A stretch of DNA of 64,000 nt from a virus (lineage: Duplodnaviria; Caudoviricetes), in IMG/VR virus record IMGVR_UViG_2562617114_000001, positions 13,082 to 77,081 of that record; one strand, given 5' to 3'. The notes beneath the pieces were generated by a model that worked only from the letters and a program-made list of their open reading frames with translations, ran no database searches and had not been told where the DNA came from. The translations under genes and the position numbers were made by a program. Below are positions 46,492 to 56,787 of this stretch, one piece after another. The first letter of the stretch is position 1; each line of letters begins with the position of its first letter.

Positions 46492-47964
46492 ATGGCCGAC
46501 ATTTACCTTCACGGCGTGGAAACTACTGAAAATACCAATGGCCCGCGGCCTGTCGAGACGATCGACACCGGCGTGATCGGCCTCATCGGCACTGCCCCGG
46601 ATGCGGAAGCTGGACTCTGGCCGGTTAATACTGTGGTGCCAATTTATGGCGCTGGCGGTGCGGTCCAGGGCCTCGGTGCCAACGGCACGTTAAAAGATGC
46701 GATTGAGGGCATCTTCGATCAGGCTGGTCGGGTCTCCCATACGATTCTCGTTGTTCGCGTGACGGAGGGCGCCAATATCAAGGAGACGATGACGAATATC
46801 ATCGGCAGCTCCACGCAATTCACCGGCGTGCACGCGCTCCGCAAGTCACCCGGTGAGCACGGTCTTACCCCAAAGCTTCTTATTGCCCCCGGCTTCACCT
46901 CGAGTCGCCCGACCGATGGCATCTCGGCGATAGCCAAATCGACGGACGGGGTAGGGTACACCTCCGCGCCTACGGTGGCGATATCAGGCGGAGGCGGGAC
47001 TGGCGCAACTGCCGTCGCAACGATCAACAGCGTTACCGGAAAGCTCGATGAAATCGTCATCACCAACCCGGGGTTCGGTTATACCACCGTCCCGACGGTC
47101 ACGCTTTCCGGCGGCGGTGCAACGACCCAGGCCACGGCAACGGCGACGGTCGGCACGGTCGCCAACCCCGTCACGATGGAGTTGCTGACGCTGGCTAACC
47201 GGTTCCGCGCAGGCGTGATCAAGGATGCGCCGGCTACCACGACCTCGGCCGCGATTTCGGACCGTCTGGACTACGACACCGATCGTCTTCTGATAGTCGA
47301 GCCGATGGCGAAGATCTTTAAGGATGCGGCGGTGGTGCAGGAGCCGGCTTCCGCTCGTGTCGCGGGCCTTCAGGCTAGGGTGGATTATAGCGAGGGATTT
47401 TGGGTCTCGCCGTCCAACCATGTGATCGAAGGCATCGTCGGCGTGTCTCGCCCGATCGAGCATTCCATCACCGACCCGTCGGCCGAGTCTCAGCTGCTCA
47501 ACAAGAACGCGATCGCCTGCATCGTGCGTGCCCCGAGCGGCGGCTTCAAGCTTTGGGGCTCTCGCGTGCCGTCGTCGGACTCGCTCAAGTCCTTCTGGTC
47601 GGTCCGGCGGGCCCACGACACGATTATCGACTCGATCGAGCGGGCTGCAGAGCCTTTCATCGACCGACCGTTCAGTGTCCAGGTGCTCGTCGACATCGCT
47701 GAGACCGTAAACAGCGCGCTTCGTCGCTGGAAAGCTTTGGGCGCTACCCTGGGCGGCCGCGTCTGGCTCGACACCACGCTCAACACCAAAGAGACGTGGG
47801 CGAACGGGCAGCTGTTCATCAGCTACGACGGTGAGGCGCCGGCTCCGATCGAGCATATCACCTTCATCTTCAACCGGAACACCGGCTACTACGAGGAGCT
47901 CGGCTCCAGTGCCGTCCGCGAGATCGCCCGCATGGCTGGTACGGCTATCCCTGCCAACGCCTGA
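46492..47964 (+). CDS. Contractile tail sheath protein (P2 FI-like)
   Basis: YLHGVET, PKLLIAPG, SARVAGL.A..D...GFW.SPSN, LWGSR. Confidence 0.92.
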   Translation: MADIYLHGVETTENTNGPRPVETIDTGVIGLIGTAPDAEAGLWPVNTVVPIYGAGGAVQGLGANGTLKDAIEGIFDQAGRVSHTILVVRVTEGANIKETMTNIIGSSTQFTGVHALRKSPGEHGLTPKLLIAPGFTSSRPTDGISAIAKSTDGVGYTSAPTVAISGGGGTGATAVATINSVTGKLDEIVITNPGFGYTTVPTVTLSGGGATTQATATATVGTVANPVTMELLTLANRFRAGVIKDAPATTTSAAISDRLDYDTDRLLIVEPMAKIFKDAAVVQEPASARVAGLQARVDYSEGFWVSPSNHVIEGIVGVSRPIEHSITDPSAESQLLNKNAIACIVRAPSGGFKLWGSRVPSSDSLKSFWSVRRAHDTIIDSIERAAEPFIDRPFSVQVLVDIAETVNSALRRWKALGATLGGRVWLDTTLNTKETWANGQLFISYDGEAPAPIEHITFIFNRNTGYYEELGSSAVREIARMAGTAIPANA

Positions 47965-47994
47965 TCACAACCGCACGCATAAGGAGATCGAACC

Positions 47995-48504
47995 ATGCGG
48001 CATATTCTGCAGGGCTTCACCATGTTCATGGATGGGCTCGACTTCGGCATCGACACGGAGGAAGTGGAGCTCCCGCTCCCGACCCCGGTCACCCAGGAAT
48101 ACAGGGGAGGCGGCCAGGATTTGGGCATCACGCTTCCCATGTCTGCGATCGAGGCCATCCAGATCACCGTCAAGATGGCGGGCCACAACCCCGACATCAT
48201 GGCGGTCATGGCGCAGGCGCCGGGCGTCACCCGTCGCGTTACCTTCCGCGGCGGTGTGATGCGGGAGCAGGACGGTGGGATTGCCGCTCACGTCTGCATA
48301 GTCGAAGGCGCCATCAATGGCAGCTCTCGCGACCGCTGGCAGCGCGGTGAGAAGTCAGGCGTCGAGTTCGTCATGAACGGTGTCAAGTATTTCCGCTACG
48401 AGGCCGACACCCGCATCATCCATGAGCTTCAGGTCTGGCCTCCGGTCCGGATGATCAACGGCGTCAACCAGCTCGCCGCTCTTAACCAGGCGCTCGGCTA
48501 TTAA
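47995..48504 (+). CDS. Tail tube protein (P2 FII-like)
   Basis: ELPLP...EYRGGG...KYFRYE...HE. Confidence 0.9.
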   Translation: MRHILQGFTMFMDGLDFGIDTEEVELPLPTPVTQEYRGGGQDLGITLPMSAIEAIQITVKMAGHNPDIMAVMAQAPGVTRRVTFRGGVMREQDGGIAAHVCIVEGAINGSSRDRWQRGEKSGVEFVMNGVKYFRYEADTRIIHELQVWPPVRMINGVNQLAALNQALGY

Positions 48505-48533
48505 GTCGAGCCCCCAACCTACAGGAGAGTGAC

Positions 48534-49001
48534 GTGGTGGATCAGGTCACAAGGGCAATGTCGCAGCAGGAAATGGATCGCGTCCTGGAGCGCAAGGCAA
48601 AAGAAGTGGTGGTGGGCGCAGTTGCCAGCATGGCGCCCCCCGTATTCGTCGAGGGCGCCGTGAGACACATCTCCGTGCCACTCGATTATCCGGTCACCTT
48701 TAACGGCGGGACCATCAGCGAGGTAGTCATTCGACGGCCGACCATGAGGGAGTGGCGCGCATACCTTCGGGAATGTGTTGACGCGGTGAAAGAAAGAGGT
48801 CCGGGCGCTGACGACGATGTCGACCAAGTCTGGCTCAGCGTACCAGCCGTCGTTCTGGAGAACCTCGATTTCATCGATGCTTCGCGTGTGGAGAGCGCGC
48901 AAGAAGGTTTTTTCGAACGCACAAAGTCGTCTCCAGAGACGGAGACGGCGGATTCGTCGTCCAGCACATCCGACACTGGAGAACCTTCGCCTTCGTCGTG
49001 A
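48534..49001 (+). CDS. Tail assembly chaperone (P2 gpE-like)
   Basis: LDYPV...EVVIRRPT...L.NLDFID; lies between tube and tape measure. Confidence 0.8.
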   Translation: MVDQVTRAMSQQEMDRVLERKAKEVVVGAVASMAPPVFVEGAVRHISVPLDYPVTFNGGTISEVVIRRPTMREWRAYLRECVDAVKERGPGADDDVDQVWLSVPAVVLENLDFIDASRVESAQEGFFERTKSSPETETADSSSSTSDTGEPSPSS

Positions 49002-49099
49002 TGAGGGAGAGCCAGGGCGGCGTGAGTATGGAAACCATTTTGGACGGCACCTTCCCGGATCTCATCGATCTGTGGGAGGAAGCCGTCTATATTCGATAG
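48908..49099 (+). CDS. -1 frameshift extension of the tail chaperone (E+E'-like)
   Basis: Slippery T TTT TTC at 48908-48914; the -1 frame is open to TAG 49097-49099 and ends ...METILDGTFPDLIDLWEEAVYIR. Confidence 0.7.
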   Translation, partial: FFRTHKVVSRDGDGGFVVQHIRHWRTFAFVVMRESQGGVSMETILDGTFPDLIDLWEEAVYIR

Positions 49100-49106
49100 G
49101 TGAACA

Positions 49107-51872
49107 ATGGTCAGCCGCACCGCTACCCTCAGACTCCAGCTCATCGATTCGGTAAGCGGCCCCTCAAAGAATGCGGCCGGCGCGATCAGCAGCATCAATT
49201 CGGCGCTCGCCAAGCTCGGAAAGGGCGGGTCGCCCGAGATCCGGCGACTGGCAAAGCAGCTCGAGTACCTTCAGAAGAAGGCGGGTTCGATTGAGGATTT
49301 CACGGCTACTCGCCGTGGCTTCAAGGATCTCGCCACGCAGATGAAGGCGGCGCAGAGCAACGTCTCCCGTCTCGAGGCCGCGCTTAAATCCGCATCCAAG
49401 CCTACAGCGAAAATGAAAGCGGATCTCGAGTCCGCCAAGGCCTCCCTGCGATCGACCACACAAGCCTTTAGGGACCAAGGGAACGCCGTCCGCCAGTCGG
49501 AACGTGCCCTGCAATCATACGGTATCGCCGGCCGCCGTGGGATCTCCAGCTCGCAGCAGGCAATTCGCAATGAGATCGGCAAGACGATTCGCGAAATGCG
49601 TCGCCTCGACCAGGAGGCGCGCAAACCCAAGCCGCCGACCCCGCGGCCGCCACCTAGCCAGCGCCCTCCCGGCGGAGGATCTCCAGCCTATGACGCCGTC
49701 ACGGCGGTGGGCGGCGGCGTGGTCGCCAACACCGGCAAGAACATTGCTCAGAAGTCGTTTTTCCTAGGCGTCGACTTCAACCGGGCCGCTGAATACCAAG
49801 CCGCGTTGGGTGACTTCAAAGGCGCCGATCGGAACGCGCTCAATCGTCAAGCCGAGAAGATCGGTGGCGACACCCGCTTTTCGAACGTGGATGTCGTCCG
49901 AGCGCAGACCACCGTCCTCCAGCGCGGTATCCGCGACGTGAAGCAGATCTTGGATCTGACGCAGAAGGTCACCGATTATTCGCTTGCCATGGGCGTCACT
50001 CTCGAGGAAGGCGCTGAGGCGGTGACCGGCTCGGCACTGTCGAAGCGCATCGATCTTCAGGATACCAAGGCTATCGGCAACTTTGTCGATTTCATGGTCT
50101 GGATGGCGAAGAACGGCGGTATGTCGAATGACGACGTCAGCCAGTTCGTCAAATACGGCGGTGCGCCTACGACGGGCGCCAAGCTGTCTGATGAAACCAT
50201 GGCAGCCATGGGCATGATCCTCCGCCGCTCCGGAGTGCGAGGAGACGAGGCCGGCGTGTTCGCCCGCTCGGCCGCATCCAAGCTTGTGGCTCCCACTCAG
50301 AAGGGCAAGGACGCCCTGGCTGCGATGGGTATCGACTTCAGTAAGTTCACGTCGATCGACTCCATGAATGAGGCCGGTATCGGCATCATGATGAAGCAGA
50401 AGTTCGCAGCCACCCTCACTGACGACATGAAGCAGAAGGTTAGGGAGCTCATCCAAAACGGTGAGTTCACGGACCAGGAAACCGGTGAGAGCCGATCGGT
50501 CATCTCGGACACCGGCGAGTTCGCTTCGCAAATGAGCCAGATCCTCGCCCCTTTGTTCACCGATAAGAATGGGAAGATGTCTGTTCAAGACGCCAAGGCC
50601 CTTTCGAAGGCTCTTGCCGACTACCAGAAGTATTCCATCGACAGCGTCGACACGATGGGGCTGCTCAACGCGATCGCCGGCGCGCAGCCGGGTATCGGCA
50701 ACCTCAATGCTTTCTTCACCGACAAGCAGGGTGGCCGCGCCAACATGATCTTCTCGCAATGGGCAGAATTTCAGAGGCTGCTCGGGATGATGCAGAACGT
50801 TCCCGGTGGGATCGCAAACAAGATCGGTACCGAAGCGAACCAGGGCATCTACGGTGATTGGACGAAGCTGACCGGTACCATCGAAACAGCGATGACCCGC
50901 ATCGGGCAGGATTGGGAGTTCGCGACCAGGCCGATGATCAACAAGGCCAACGAGATCGTCGACAGCTTCATTGGCCTATCGGACAGCACCCGACGTCTCA
51001 TTGAAGCTTTCGGTGCTGCGGCGGCAGTCCTCGCCGGCTATGCTGCCGCCCAAGGTGCAAAGAGTCTATTGGGACGCCTCCTGGGTGGCGGGGGCGTGCC
51101 TGCGCCGGCCGCCGCTGCCGGAGGCGCTGGCTTTCTCGGCAGGGCATCCGGGCTTCTTGGCCGAATTGGGCTTCCTTTTCTGGCGGCGACGACTCTCGGC
51201 CGAGGCTCCTTGGTGGACGACCCGAAGCTACTCGAACGCCTACGTGGGGATCTTAGCGGTGCAAGAACCGCCCAGGTCTCACAGGCCGCCAAAGTGGCGC
51301 AGGCGCAACCGATCAGGGACCAGATGAATGGTATCACCGCGAGCTGGCCCATCGCCGCACAGCTCGGGATGCGAGACTACATCGCTGCGATCGTTAACGG
51401 TGGCGCCGACGCCCAGGCTGAGGCCGCCAGGGTCGGGGAAGATATCAAGACGCAGCTTTCGATTTACGCGAAGCCTGATGTCGATACCAGCCAACTTCAA
51501 CGCGCGCTCGATCTGGCACGTCAGTTGGCGGCAGTCCTCAGAGGCGAGGCAAGCGGCGGCAGCGTTGCGACATCGTCCGCACCCTCGGCCGATACGCAAA
51601 TTGGGCACCCGCGGGCGCGCGGCGGCCCGGTCAAGAAGGGTGTCACCTACCCAGTCGGGGGCAGCGGCATCGAACTGTTCACTCCTGGAGCTGACGGCTT
51701 CATCAGCCCGGGGGGCGCGGGCGGAGGAGCAGCCAGCATCAGCGTCCACCAGACGAACCACTTCCACGGCGGGCGCGGCAAGGATGACGGCGAGCTTGTC
51801 CGCACGCTCGATCGTCAACTTAACCGCGCTGCGCAGACCGCGTTCTCAAGCATCAGATACGGAGACAGTTAA
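49107..51872 (+). CDS. Tape measure protein
   Basis: LRLQLIDSVSGP; AEKIGGDTRFS; 921 aa helical; C-terminal RARGGPV. Confidence 0.9.
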   Translation: MVSRTATLRLQLIDSVSGPSKNAAGAISSINSALAKLGKGGSPEIRRLAKQLEYLQKKAGSIEDFTATRRGFKDLATQMKAAQSNVSRLEAALKSASKPTAKMKADLESAKASLRSTTQAFRDQGNAVRQSERALQSYGIAGRRGISSSQQAIRNEIGKTIREMRRLDQEARKPKPPTPRPPPSQRPPGGGSPAYDAVTAVGGGVVANTGKNIAQKSFFLGVDFNRAAEYQAALGDFKGADRNALNRQAEKIGGDTRFSNVDVVRAQTTVLQRGIRDVKQILDLTQKVTDYSLAMGVTLEEGAEAVTGSALSKRIDLQDTKAIGNFVDFMVWMAKNGGMSNDDVSQFVKYGGAPTTGAKLSDETMAAMGMILRRSGVRGDEAGVFARSAASKLVAPTQKGKDALAAMGIDFSKFTSIDSMNEAGIGIMMKQKFAATLTDDMKQKVRELIQNGEFTDQETGESRSVISDTGEFASQMSQILAPLFTDKNGKMSVQDAKALSKALADYQKYSIDSVDTMGLLNAIAGAQPGIGNLNAFFTDKQGGRANMIFSQWAEFQRLLGMMQNVPGGIANKIGTEANQGIYGDWTKLTGTIETAMTRIGQDWEFATRPMINKANEIVDSFIGLSDSTRRLIEAFGAAAAVLAGYAAAQGAKSLLGRLLGGGGVPAPAAAAGGAGFLGRASGLLGRIGLPFLAATTLGRGSLVDDPKLLERLRGDLSGARTAQVSQAAKVAQAQPIRDQMNGITASWPIAAQLGMRDYIAAIVNGGADAQAEAARVGEDIKTQLSIYAKPDVDTSQLQRALDLARQLAAVLRGEASGGSVATSSAPSADTQIGHPRARGGPVKKGVTYPVGGSGIELFTPGADGFISPGGAGGGAASISVHQTNHFHGGRGKDDGELVRTLDRQLNRAAQTAFSSIRYGDS

Positions 51873-52334
51873 ATGCTTATGGCGTGGGGATCATACCGGT
51901 TCACGGTACCGAACTACTCGGTCGAAACGCTTCGGCGATCCATTGAGGCGAGGGTTGAACCGCAAAACATCATCGGCGCGGCTCCCTCGCTGCACCGACT
52001 CGGGCCAGGCAATGAAAAGCTCACGCTCTCTTCGACATTCCACCCGCGCCACCTCAACGGGCGCGGGCTTGAGCAGCTGGCGGGCGTGCGCCAAGCTGTC
52101 AACGCTCTGGTTCCACTGCCACTTGTTCATATCAACGGCGCAGGCATGAACATTTTCGGCAACTGGATCGCCACCTCGGTGGAGGACGAGCAGACGGTGC
52201 TCGACAACGCCGGCACCCCACAGATGGTCACCGTGACCATGAACCTCACGCGCGACGACACGTCGGCGGCCAGGTCGATGGCGATCTCGGCGGTGCTCGG
52301 CGGAATCAACTTCAGTGTGAGGCTCGGTTTCTGA
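51873..52334 (+). CDS. P2 gpU-like tail protein
   Basis: MLMAWGSYRF...GPGNEKLTLS. Confidence 0.85.
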   Translation: MLMAWGSYRFTVPNYSVETLRRSIEARVEPQNIIGAAPSLHRLGPGNEKLTLSSTFHPRHLNGRGLEQLAGVRQAVNALVPLPLVHINGAGMNIFGNWIATSVEDEQTVLDNAGTPQMVTVTMNLTRDDTSAARSMAISAVLGGINFSVRLGF

Positions 52335-53434
52335 TGCCTGTTCCGTACTTCACGATCTCGGCCGATGGCGTGGATGTCACCGGGCGGCTTGCTGGACTCG
52401 GCATGACCATGACGGTCACCGACGGAGCCGGCCTCAAGTCCGACACGCTGCAGATCACCATCGACGATCCGGAAGGTTCGGTTGAACCTCCGCGCACAGG
52501 CGCAGTGCTCAATCCGCTCGGCGGGTACGAAGGGCGGATGCGGGACTTCGGTCTCTTCTCCGTCGACAGCGTGGTCTATAGCGGCTGGCCGCAGAAGATC
52601 ACCATCGATGCCAAGTCGGTAGCAGCGAAATCACTTGCCAAGCAGCGCGAGCCAAAGGCGTACCCAAAGGAAAAGTACCCGACATACGGGGACATCTTTT
52701 CGGAGATCGCCGGCAAGATTGGCCTTACGCTACAGATCTCTGTTGAGATCGGCTCGAAGGAAAATCCCTACGAGGCGCAAGCGGAAGAGGACTCGCTCGA
52801 GTTCACCACGCGCCTAGGGGAAAAGTTGAATGCCTCCGTCTCCGTCAAGTCCGGGAACCTGGTCGTGGCAAAGAAGGGGTCTGGTGAAAGCGTGGGCGGC
52901 GTGGCGATGGGCGTGATCTTCGTAGCCAAGGGCTACAACATCCTCTCCTACACCGTCACGGAGAAGGATGAGCCGAAGCATTCGGAGGTCGAGGCCACCT
53001 ACTACGACCGCCAGAAGAACAAGCGCGAGACCGTCACCGAATCGACGGGGCTCGATGGCCCGAAGTTCCTGGTACGCACGCCGTTCCAGAACAAAGAAGA
53101 GGCGGAGGAGGCGGCTAAATCCCGCGCCAGCGAATTGGTGCGCATGACGGGCGATGCCAGCTTCGAGATCGATGGCGAACCCTTCGCGCAGGCGGAGGCC
53201 TATGCCGTGGTGAGCGGGTGCCGTTCTCGAGTCAATGGCCTGTGGTGGGTTCAGACGGCCACGCACCAGTTCTCGGCCGACGGCCCTTACACTACATCGC
53301 TTCAATGCGGAGCGCCGACCGATGAGGGCAAGGGCAACGCATCCGAAGCCGCATCTGCTGGCGGGGGGCCTCCCGGGAGCGGATACGAGGCGGGCACGCC
53401 TCAACTCACAAGCCCTGATACCGGCGTAGCGTAA
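52334..53434 (+). CDS. P2 gpD-like late control/baseplate hub protein
   Basis: TVTDGAGLKSDTLQITIDD, QAEEDSLEF.TRL, VSVKSGNL. Confidence 0.88.
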   Translation: MPVPYFTISADGVDVTGRLAGLGMTMTVTDGAGLKSDTLQITIDDPEGSVEPPRTGAVLNPLGGYEGRMRDFGLFSVDSVVYSGWPQKITIDAKSVAAKSLAKQREPKAYPKEKYPTYGDIFSEIAGKIGLTLQISVEIGSKENPYEAQAEEDSLEFTTRLGEKLNASVSVKSGNLVVAKKGSGESVGGVAMGVIFVAKGYNILSYTVTEKDEPKHSEVEATYYDRQKNKRETVTESTGLDGPKFLVRTPFQNKEEAEEAAKSRASELVRMTGDASFEIDGEPFAQAEAYAVVSGCRSRVNGLWWVQTATHQFSADGPYTTSLQCGAPTDEGKGNASEAASAGGGPPGSGYEAGTPQLTSPDTGVA

Positions 53435-53451
53435 CCGAAGAGGAGCCCATA

Positions 53452-53694
53452 ATGAAAGGCCAGTTCATGACTGGCGCCGATGGCTCGGCCGTCTACGTCA
53501 CGATTGACGGAGACATGATCGATGCCATCGCGCACGCCTACTATGGCAAGCACGCCCGCAACACCGAGGCCCTCCTCGAGGCGAACTGGCACGTCGTTTA
53601 CCTGGGGCCCGTTCTGCCGGCTGGCACCGTGATCAAGCTTCCGCAGATCGCCACCACGGCGCAGCCCGCGACCTTCCGCAGGCTTTGGGACTGA
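53452..53694 (+). CDS. P2 gpX-like tail protein
   Basis: YVTIDGDMIDAIA..YYG...LLEAN...LPAG..IKLP...RLWD. Confidence 0.9.
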   Translation: MKGQFMTGADGSAVYVTIDGDMIDAIAHAYYGKHARNTEALLEANWHVVYLGPVLPAGTVIKLPQIATTAQPATFRRLWD

Positions 53695-53719
53695 CCATCT
53701 CAGCAGCACGCATCCACTG

Positions 53720-53751
53720 AGCCCCGCGCCGGCCGGCCGGGGCTTTTTCTT
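53720..53751 (+). terminator. Intrinsic terminator
   Basis: AGCCCC...GGGGCT followed by TTTTCTTT. Confidence 0.65.
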
Positions 53752-53766
53752 TAAGGAGACATCCCA

Positions 53767-54600
53767 ATGAATTTTACAGGCACGGGCGCCAAGCTCGCCG
53801 GGCCGGACTTTGCTCGTGCAGCGAAAACGATCGGGTGCGAGACTGCCGTCGTTCAAGCCGTCGTTTCCGTCGAGGCCGCAGGCGCTGGCTTCGATGCGAA
53901 TAACCGCCTGAAACTCCTTCCGGAGCCGCATTATTTTTACAAACTGTTGTCCGGTGCCAAGCGGGACGAGGCGGTGCGGCGGGGGCTCGCGTATCCAACT
54001 TGGGGTGAGCAGCCATACGACAAGACCCAGGACCTACGCTATGAGCGCCTTGCACGCATGATTGCCATTGAGCTTGAGACGGCTCTCGACAGCTGTTCGT
54101 GGGGGCTCGGTCAGATCATGGGCGCCAACGCCGAAACATGCGGGTATCCCAACGCCCGCGGCATGGTCACCACTTTCCTTGAGGGGGAGGGCGCGCAGCT
54201 TGACGGCATCGTCGGCTTCATTATCGGCAACGGTCTGTCCGGCGCCATGGTGCGTAAGGACTGGAAGGTGATCGCCCGGGGCTACAACGGCTCTGGCTAC
54301 GCCAAGAACCAGTACGACACGAAGCTGCAGAAGGCTTACCTAAGCTTCGCGAAGGGGCAGCCTGCCGGTGCTGATCCTCTGGCGGATGGCGTCCTCTCCA
54401 TGGGTGATGCCGGCGCTGTCGTCATCGATCTGCAGAAGGCGCTGACCGCTCGCGGCTTCGCCACCGGCGGGATCGACGGCGCGTTCGGCAAGCTGACCGA
54501 CCAGGCGGTTCGCCAGTTCCAGAAAGTCACCAGGCTTACGGTCGACGGCAAGGTCGGCCGAAATACCGGACGGACGCTCGGCCTCGGCTGGGCTGCCTGA
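53767..54600 (+). CDS. Endolysin: N-acetylmuramidase (DUF3380-like) + peptidoglycan-binding domain
   Basis: AVVSVEAAG, SCSWGLGQIMGAN, ARGYNG..Y....YD.KL; C-terminal LQKAL...IDGAFGKLT..AVRQFQ. Confidence 0.9.
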   Translation: MNFTGTGAKLAGPDFARAAKTIGCETAVVQAVVSVEAAGAGFDANNRLKLLPEPHYFYKLLSGAKRDEAVRRGLAYPTWGEQPYDKTQDLRYERLARMIAIELETALDSCSWGLGQIMGANAETCGYPNARGMVTTFLEGEGAQLDGIVGFIIGNGLSGAMVRKDWKVIARGYNGSGYAKNQYDTKLQKAYLSFAKGQPAGADPLADGVLSMGDAGAVVIDLQKALTARGFATGGIDGAFGKLTDQAVRQFQKVTRLTVDGKVGRNTGRTLGLGWAA

Positions 54601-54659
54601 TCAAACCGCACAATCCGCTACCACCGCCGCCTCGAGCGGCTTTTTCTTTGGAGACTACT

Positions 54660-55175
54660 ATGATCCGCAAGTATGCAACCCTGTTTGTTCTGGCCGTTGT
54701 GGTCGCGCTCGCTTCCCCTGTTATGGCGGTGGTGGCGCTGGCGCAGGAGGCCGCGTCCAACACCACGGTTAGCGGCGGCAGCATTTTCGCTGTCGTTGCG
54801 CCTTACATCCTTGAGCTCGCATCGGTGCTCGTGGCGGCCATCGTCGCCTGGTTGAGTGCCAAGGTGAAAACGCTGATCGGCATCCAGATCGAGGCGAAGC
54901 ACAGGGAAGCGCTCCAGTCCGCGCTGCAGAACGGCATAAATCTCGGAATGAGCAAGGCTGGCGGGTGGATCTCGGCGAAGGACTACGACCTGAAGAACAA
55001 GGCGCTGGCCGAAGGCGTCAATTACGTGCTCGCGTCGGTTCCCGATGCAATCAAGTTCTTCGGCCTGACGCCTGAAAAGCTCGGCAAGCTGATCGAGGCG
55101 AAGCTGCCGACCTACAACGAGCTCTCCGCCGTAGCTGGCGGGGCGGTCGTCGTTCAGGCGCCGGCCAATGGTTAG
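54660..55175 (+). CDS. Putative holin-like membrane protein
   Basis: Two hydrophobic segments; HREALQSALQNG; follows the endolysin. Confidence 0.55.
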   Translation: MIRKYATLFVLAVVVALASPVMAVVALAQEAASNTTVSGGSIFAVVAPYILELASVLVAAIVAWLSAKVKTLIGIQIEAKHREALQSALQNGINLGMSKAGGWISAKDYDLKNKALAEGVNYVLASVPDAIKFFGLTPEKLGKLIEAKLPTYNELSAVAGGAVVVQAPANG

Positions 55176-55416
55176 CACCATTCTATCCTTCCTCTCCACA
55201 TTCCTCGTCACGCTCCTCACGGAGTGGTTGGCGGACCGGCGTCGGGATGCGGAGATGAAGAAGGCGGGGTCGGTTGAGGCCGCCTCCGAAACTCAAAAGC
55301 AGATCGCGGAGGCTGAGAATGTCCAGCACCAGAATGACCTTGTTGAGCGCGGCGGTGCTGCCGACGTTGCTGGCCGGCTGCGTGACCATCTCCGGGCCGG
55401 TGGCAACGGCGCCTGA
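55168..55416 (+). CDS. Putative inner-membrane spanin (Rz-like)
   Basis: N-terminal TM segment followed by a coiled coil. Confidence 0.6.
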   Translation: MVSTILSFLSTFLVTLLTEWLADRRRDAEMKKAGSVEAASETQKQIAEAENVQHQNDLVERGGAADVAGRLRDHLRAGGNGA

Positions 55417-55576
55417 TCTCGCTCGCGTTTGCCCCGCGCCCACGGCCGTGGTTCGCCAGAAGGCGATCCTTCGATATCTCGAGTCAGCATCGCCGTCTCC
55501 GGATCTCGATGTCCTAGCAACCGAATGGGAACGCCTTGACGAAGGGACTCGCAAGGCGAGGGGGCCGGTGAAATGA
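55334..55576 (+). CDS. Putative outer-membrane lipoprotein spanin (Rz1-like)
   Basis: Lipobox LLAGC; overlaps the i-spanin 3' end. Confidence 0.65.
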   Translation: MTLLSAAVLPTLLAGCVTISGPVATAPDLARVCPAPTAVVRQKAILRYLESASPSPDLDVLATEWERLDEGTRKARGPVK

Positions 55577-55872
55577 GCGACGAGGTGCTGACCGAAGCCG
55601 GTAGAAAGATCATGGACGCCAGCCCCGTCTACGGGCCGATGCTGGTGATCCTTGGCCTCGTGATCGTCGCGCTCGTTCTCTGGATCAAGTCGATTTTGAA
55701 GGACAAGGACGCGCGGGCAGATGCCCATCTTGAGGACGTTCGCAAGTACGCCTCGGAGAACGAGACGACCCGTTCGGCCATTGCCGCCAACACTGAGCAG
55801 ATCCGCGCCAATACGCAGACCATGACAACGATGATCGAAGTAATTCGAGAACGGGAAAGGGCGCGCGGATGA
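55573..55872 (+). CDS. Single-TM coiled-coil protein
   Basis: MLVILGLVIVALVLWI; ATGA coupling. Confidence 0.65.
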   Translation: MSDEVLTEAGRKIMDASPVYGPMLVILGLVIVALVLWIKSILKDKDARADAHLEDVRKYASENETTRSAIAANTEQIRANTQTMTTMIEVIRERERARG

Positions 55873-56105
55873 CGCTGACTTCAATCCTCGAGAAAATGTT
55901 CATCAAGAAGGTGGATCGCGAGAAGAGCGCCCTCCGGGATCTGGTTCTCCACGCCGAACGGGCGGAGCTCGAGAGAAATCAAGGCCTTTTGAGGGGAGAG
56001 GTCCGGCAATACGAGCAGATCGTCGCGTCCAGTTCACGCATCATGGACACCATGACGCAAGCCATGATTATGATGGAGACTCCCCGTGGCAGACCAAAAA
56101 AATAG
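55869..56105 (+). CDS. Hypothetical protein
   Basis: ATGA coupling; helical. Confidence 0.55.
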   Translation: MTLTSILEKMFIKKVDREKSALRDLVLHAERAELERNQGLLRGEVRQYEQIVASSSRIMDTMTQAMIMMETPRGRPKK

Positions 56106-56787
56106 TAACCACCTCATGTGGGCGTCAATCGGTCTCGGTGCCGGGTATTGGGTTTTGGCTCCTCTGGCTGGAAATCCCCTCCTATCGATCATCTTGTCTA
56201 TGGCTGTCGGCATCACCTCATGCGTGGCGCTTTACGAGTATGCGCCGGAGGCGTGGCAGGTGGTCGTGAAACAAAAGCGAAGCGCGGACCCGCGTGGTCG
56301 AGGCAGCCACCTCGCGCTTTACGGATTCTTCCTGTTCTCCTTCGGCTCTGCATTCGCGTGCGCGTATTCCCTGAGCTGGCTCTGGTACGGACAGCCGAAC
56401 GCATGGATCGGTTCGCCGGCCGCCAACTTTAGCCGCTTCTGCCACGCCAGCGGCTTTGCACTGATGCAGGCGGGGCCCGCCTTGAAGAAGGAAGGCTTTG
56501 TCGTGCGGCCCACCTGGTGGGTGACGGCTATCGCGGCCGCACTCCTCGTCCTCCTCGGCTTCTATCTTGGCCTGCAGTTCAAATCGATCGAAGTTTCGGA
56601 CGTGCGGGAGTGGCAGAGTGTAGTCGCCGCTAGACCGGTTTGCCCACCGGGGGAGCCCGGGATGATTCCGACCAGCAAGCTCATCCACACCGATTCGGGC
56701 CCCTATCAAGATCGCATCGCCCTGCGCCGCTGCGTCCCTGACGCGGGCGATGACAAGCGCTCCGGATCCCCGGCGTTCAGAGATTAA
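56086..56787 (+). CDS. Multi-pass membrane protein
   Basis: At least four hydrophobic segments. Confidence 0.65.
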   Translation: MADQKNSNHLMWASIGLGAGYWVLAPLAGNPLLSIILSMAVGITSCVALYEYAPEAWQVVVKQKRSADPRGRGSHLALYGFFLFSFGSAFACAYSLSWLWYGQPNAWIGSPAANFSRFCHASGFALMQAGPALKKEGFVVRPTWWVTAIAAALLVLLGFYLGLQFKSIEVSDVREWQSVVAARPVCPPGEPGMIPTSKLIHTDSGPYQDRIALRRCVPDAGDDKRSGSPAFRD

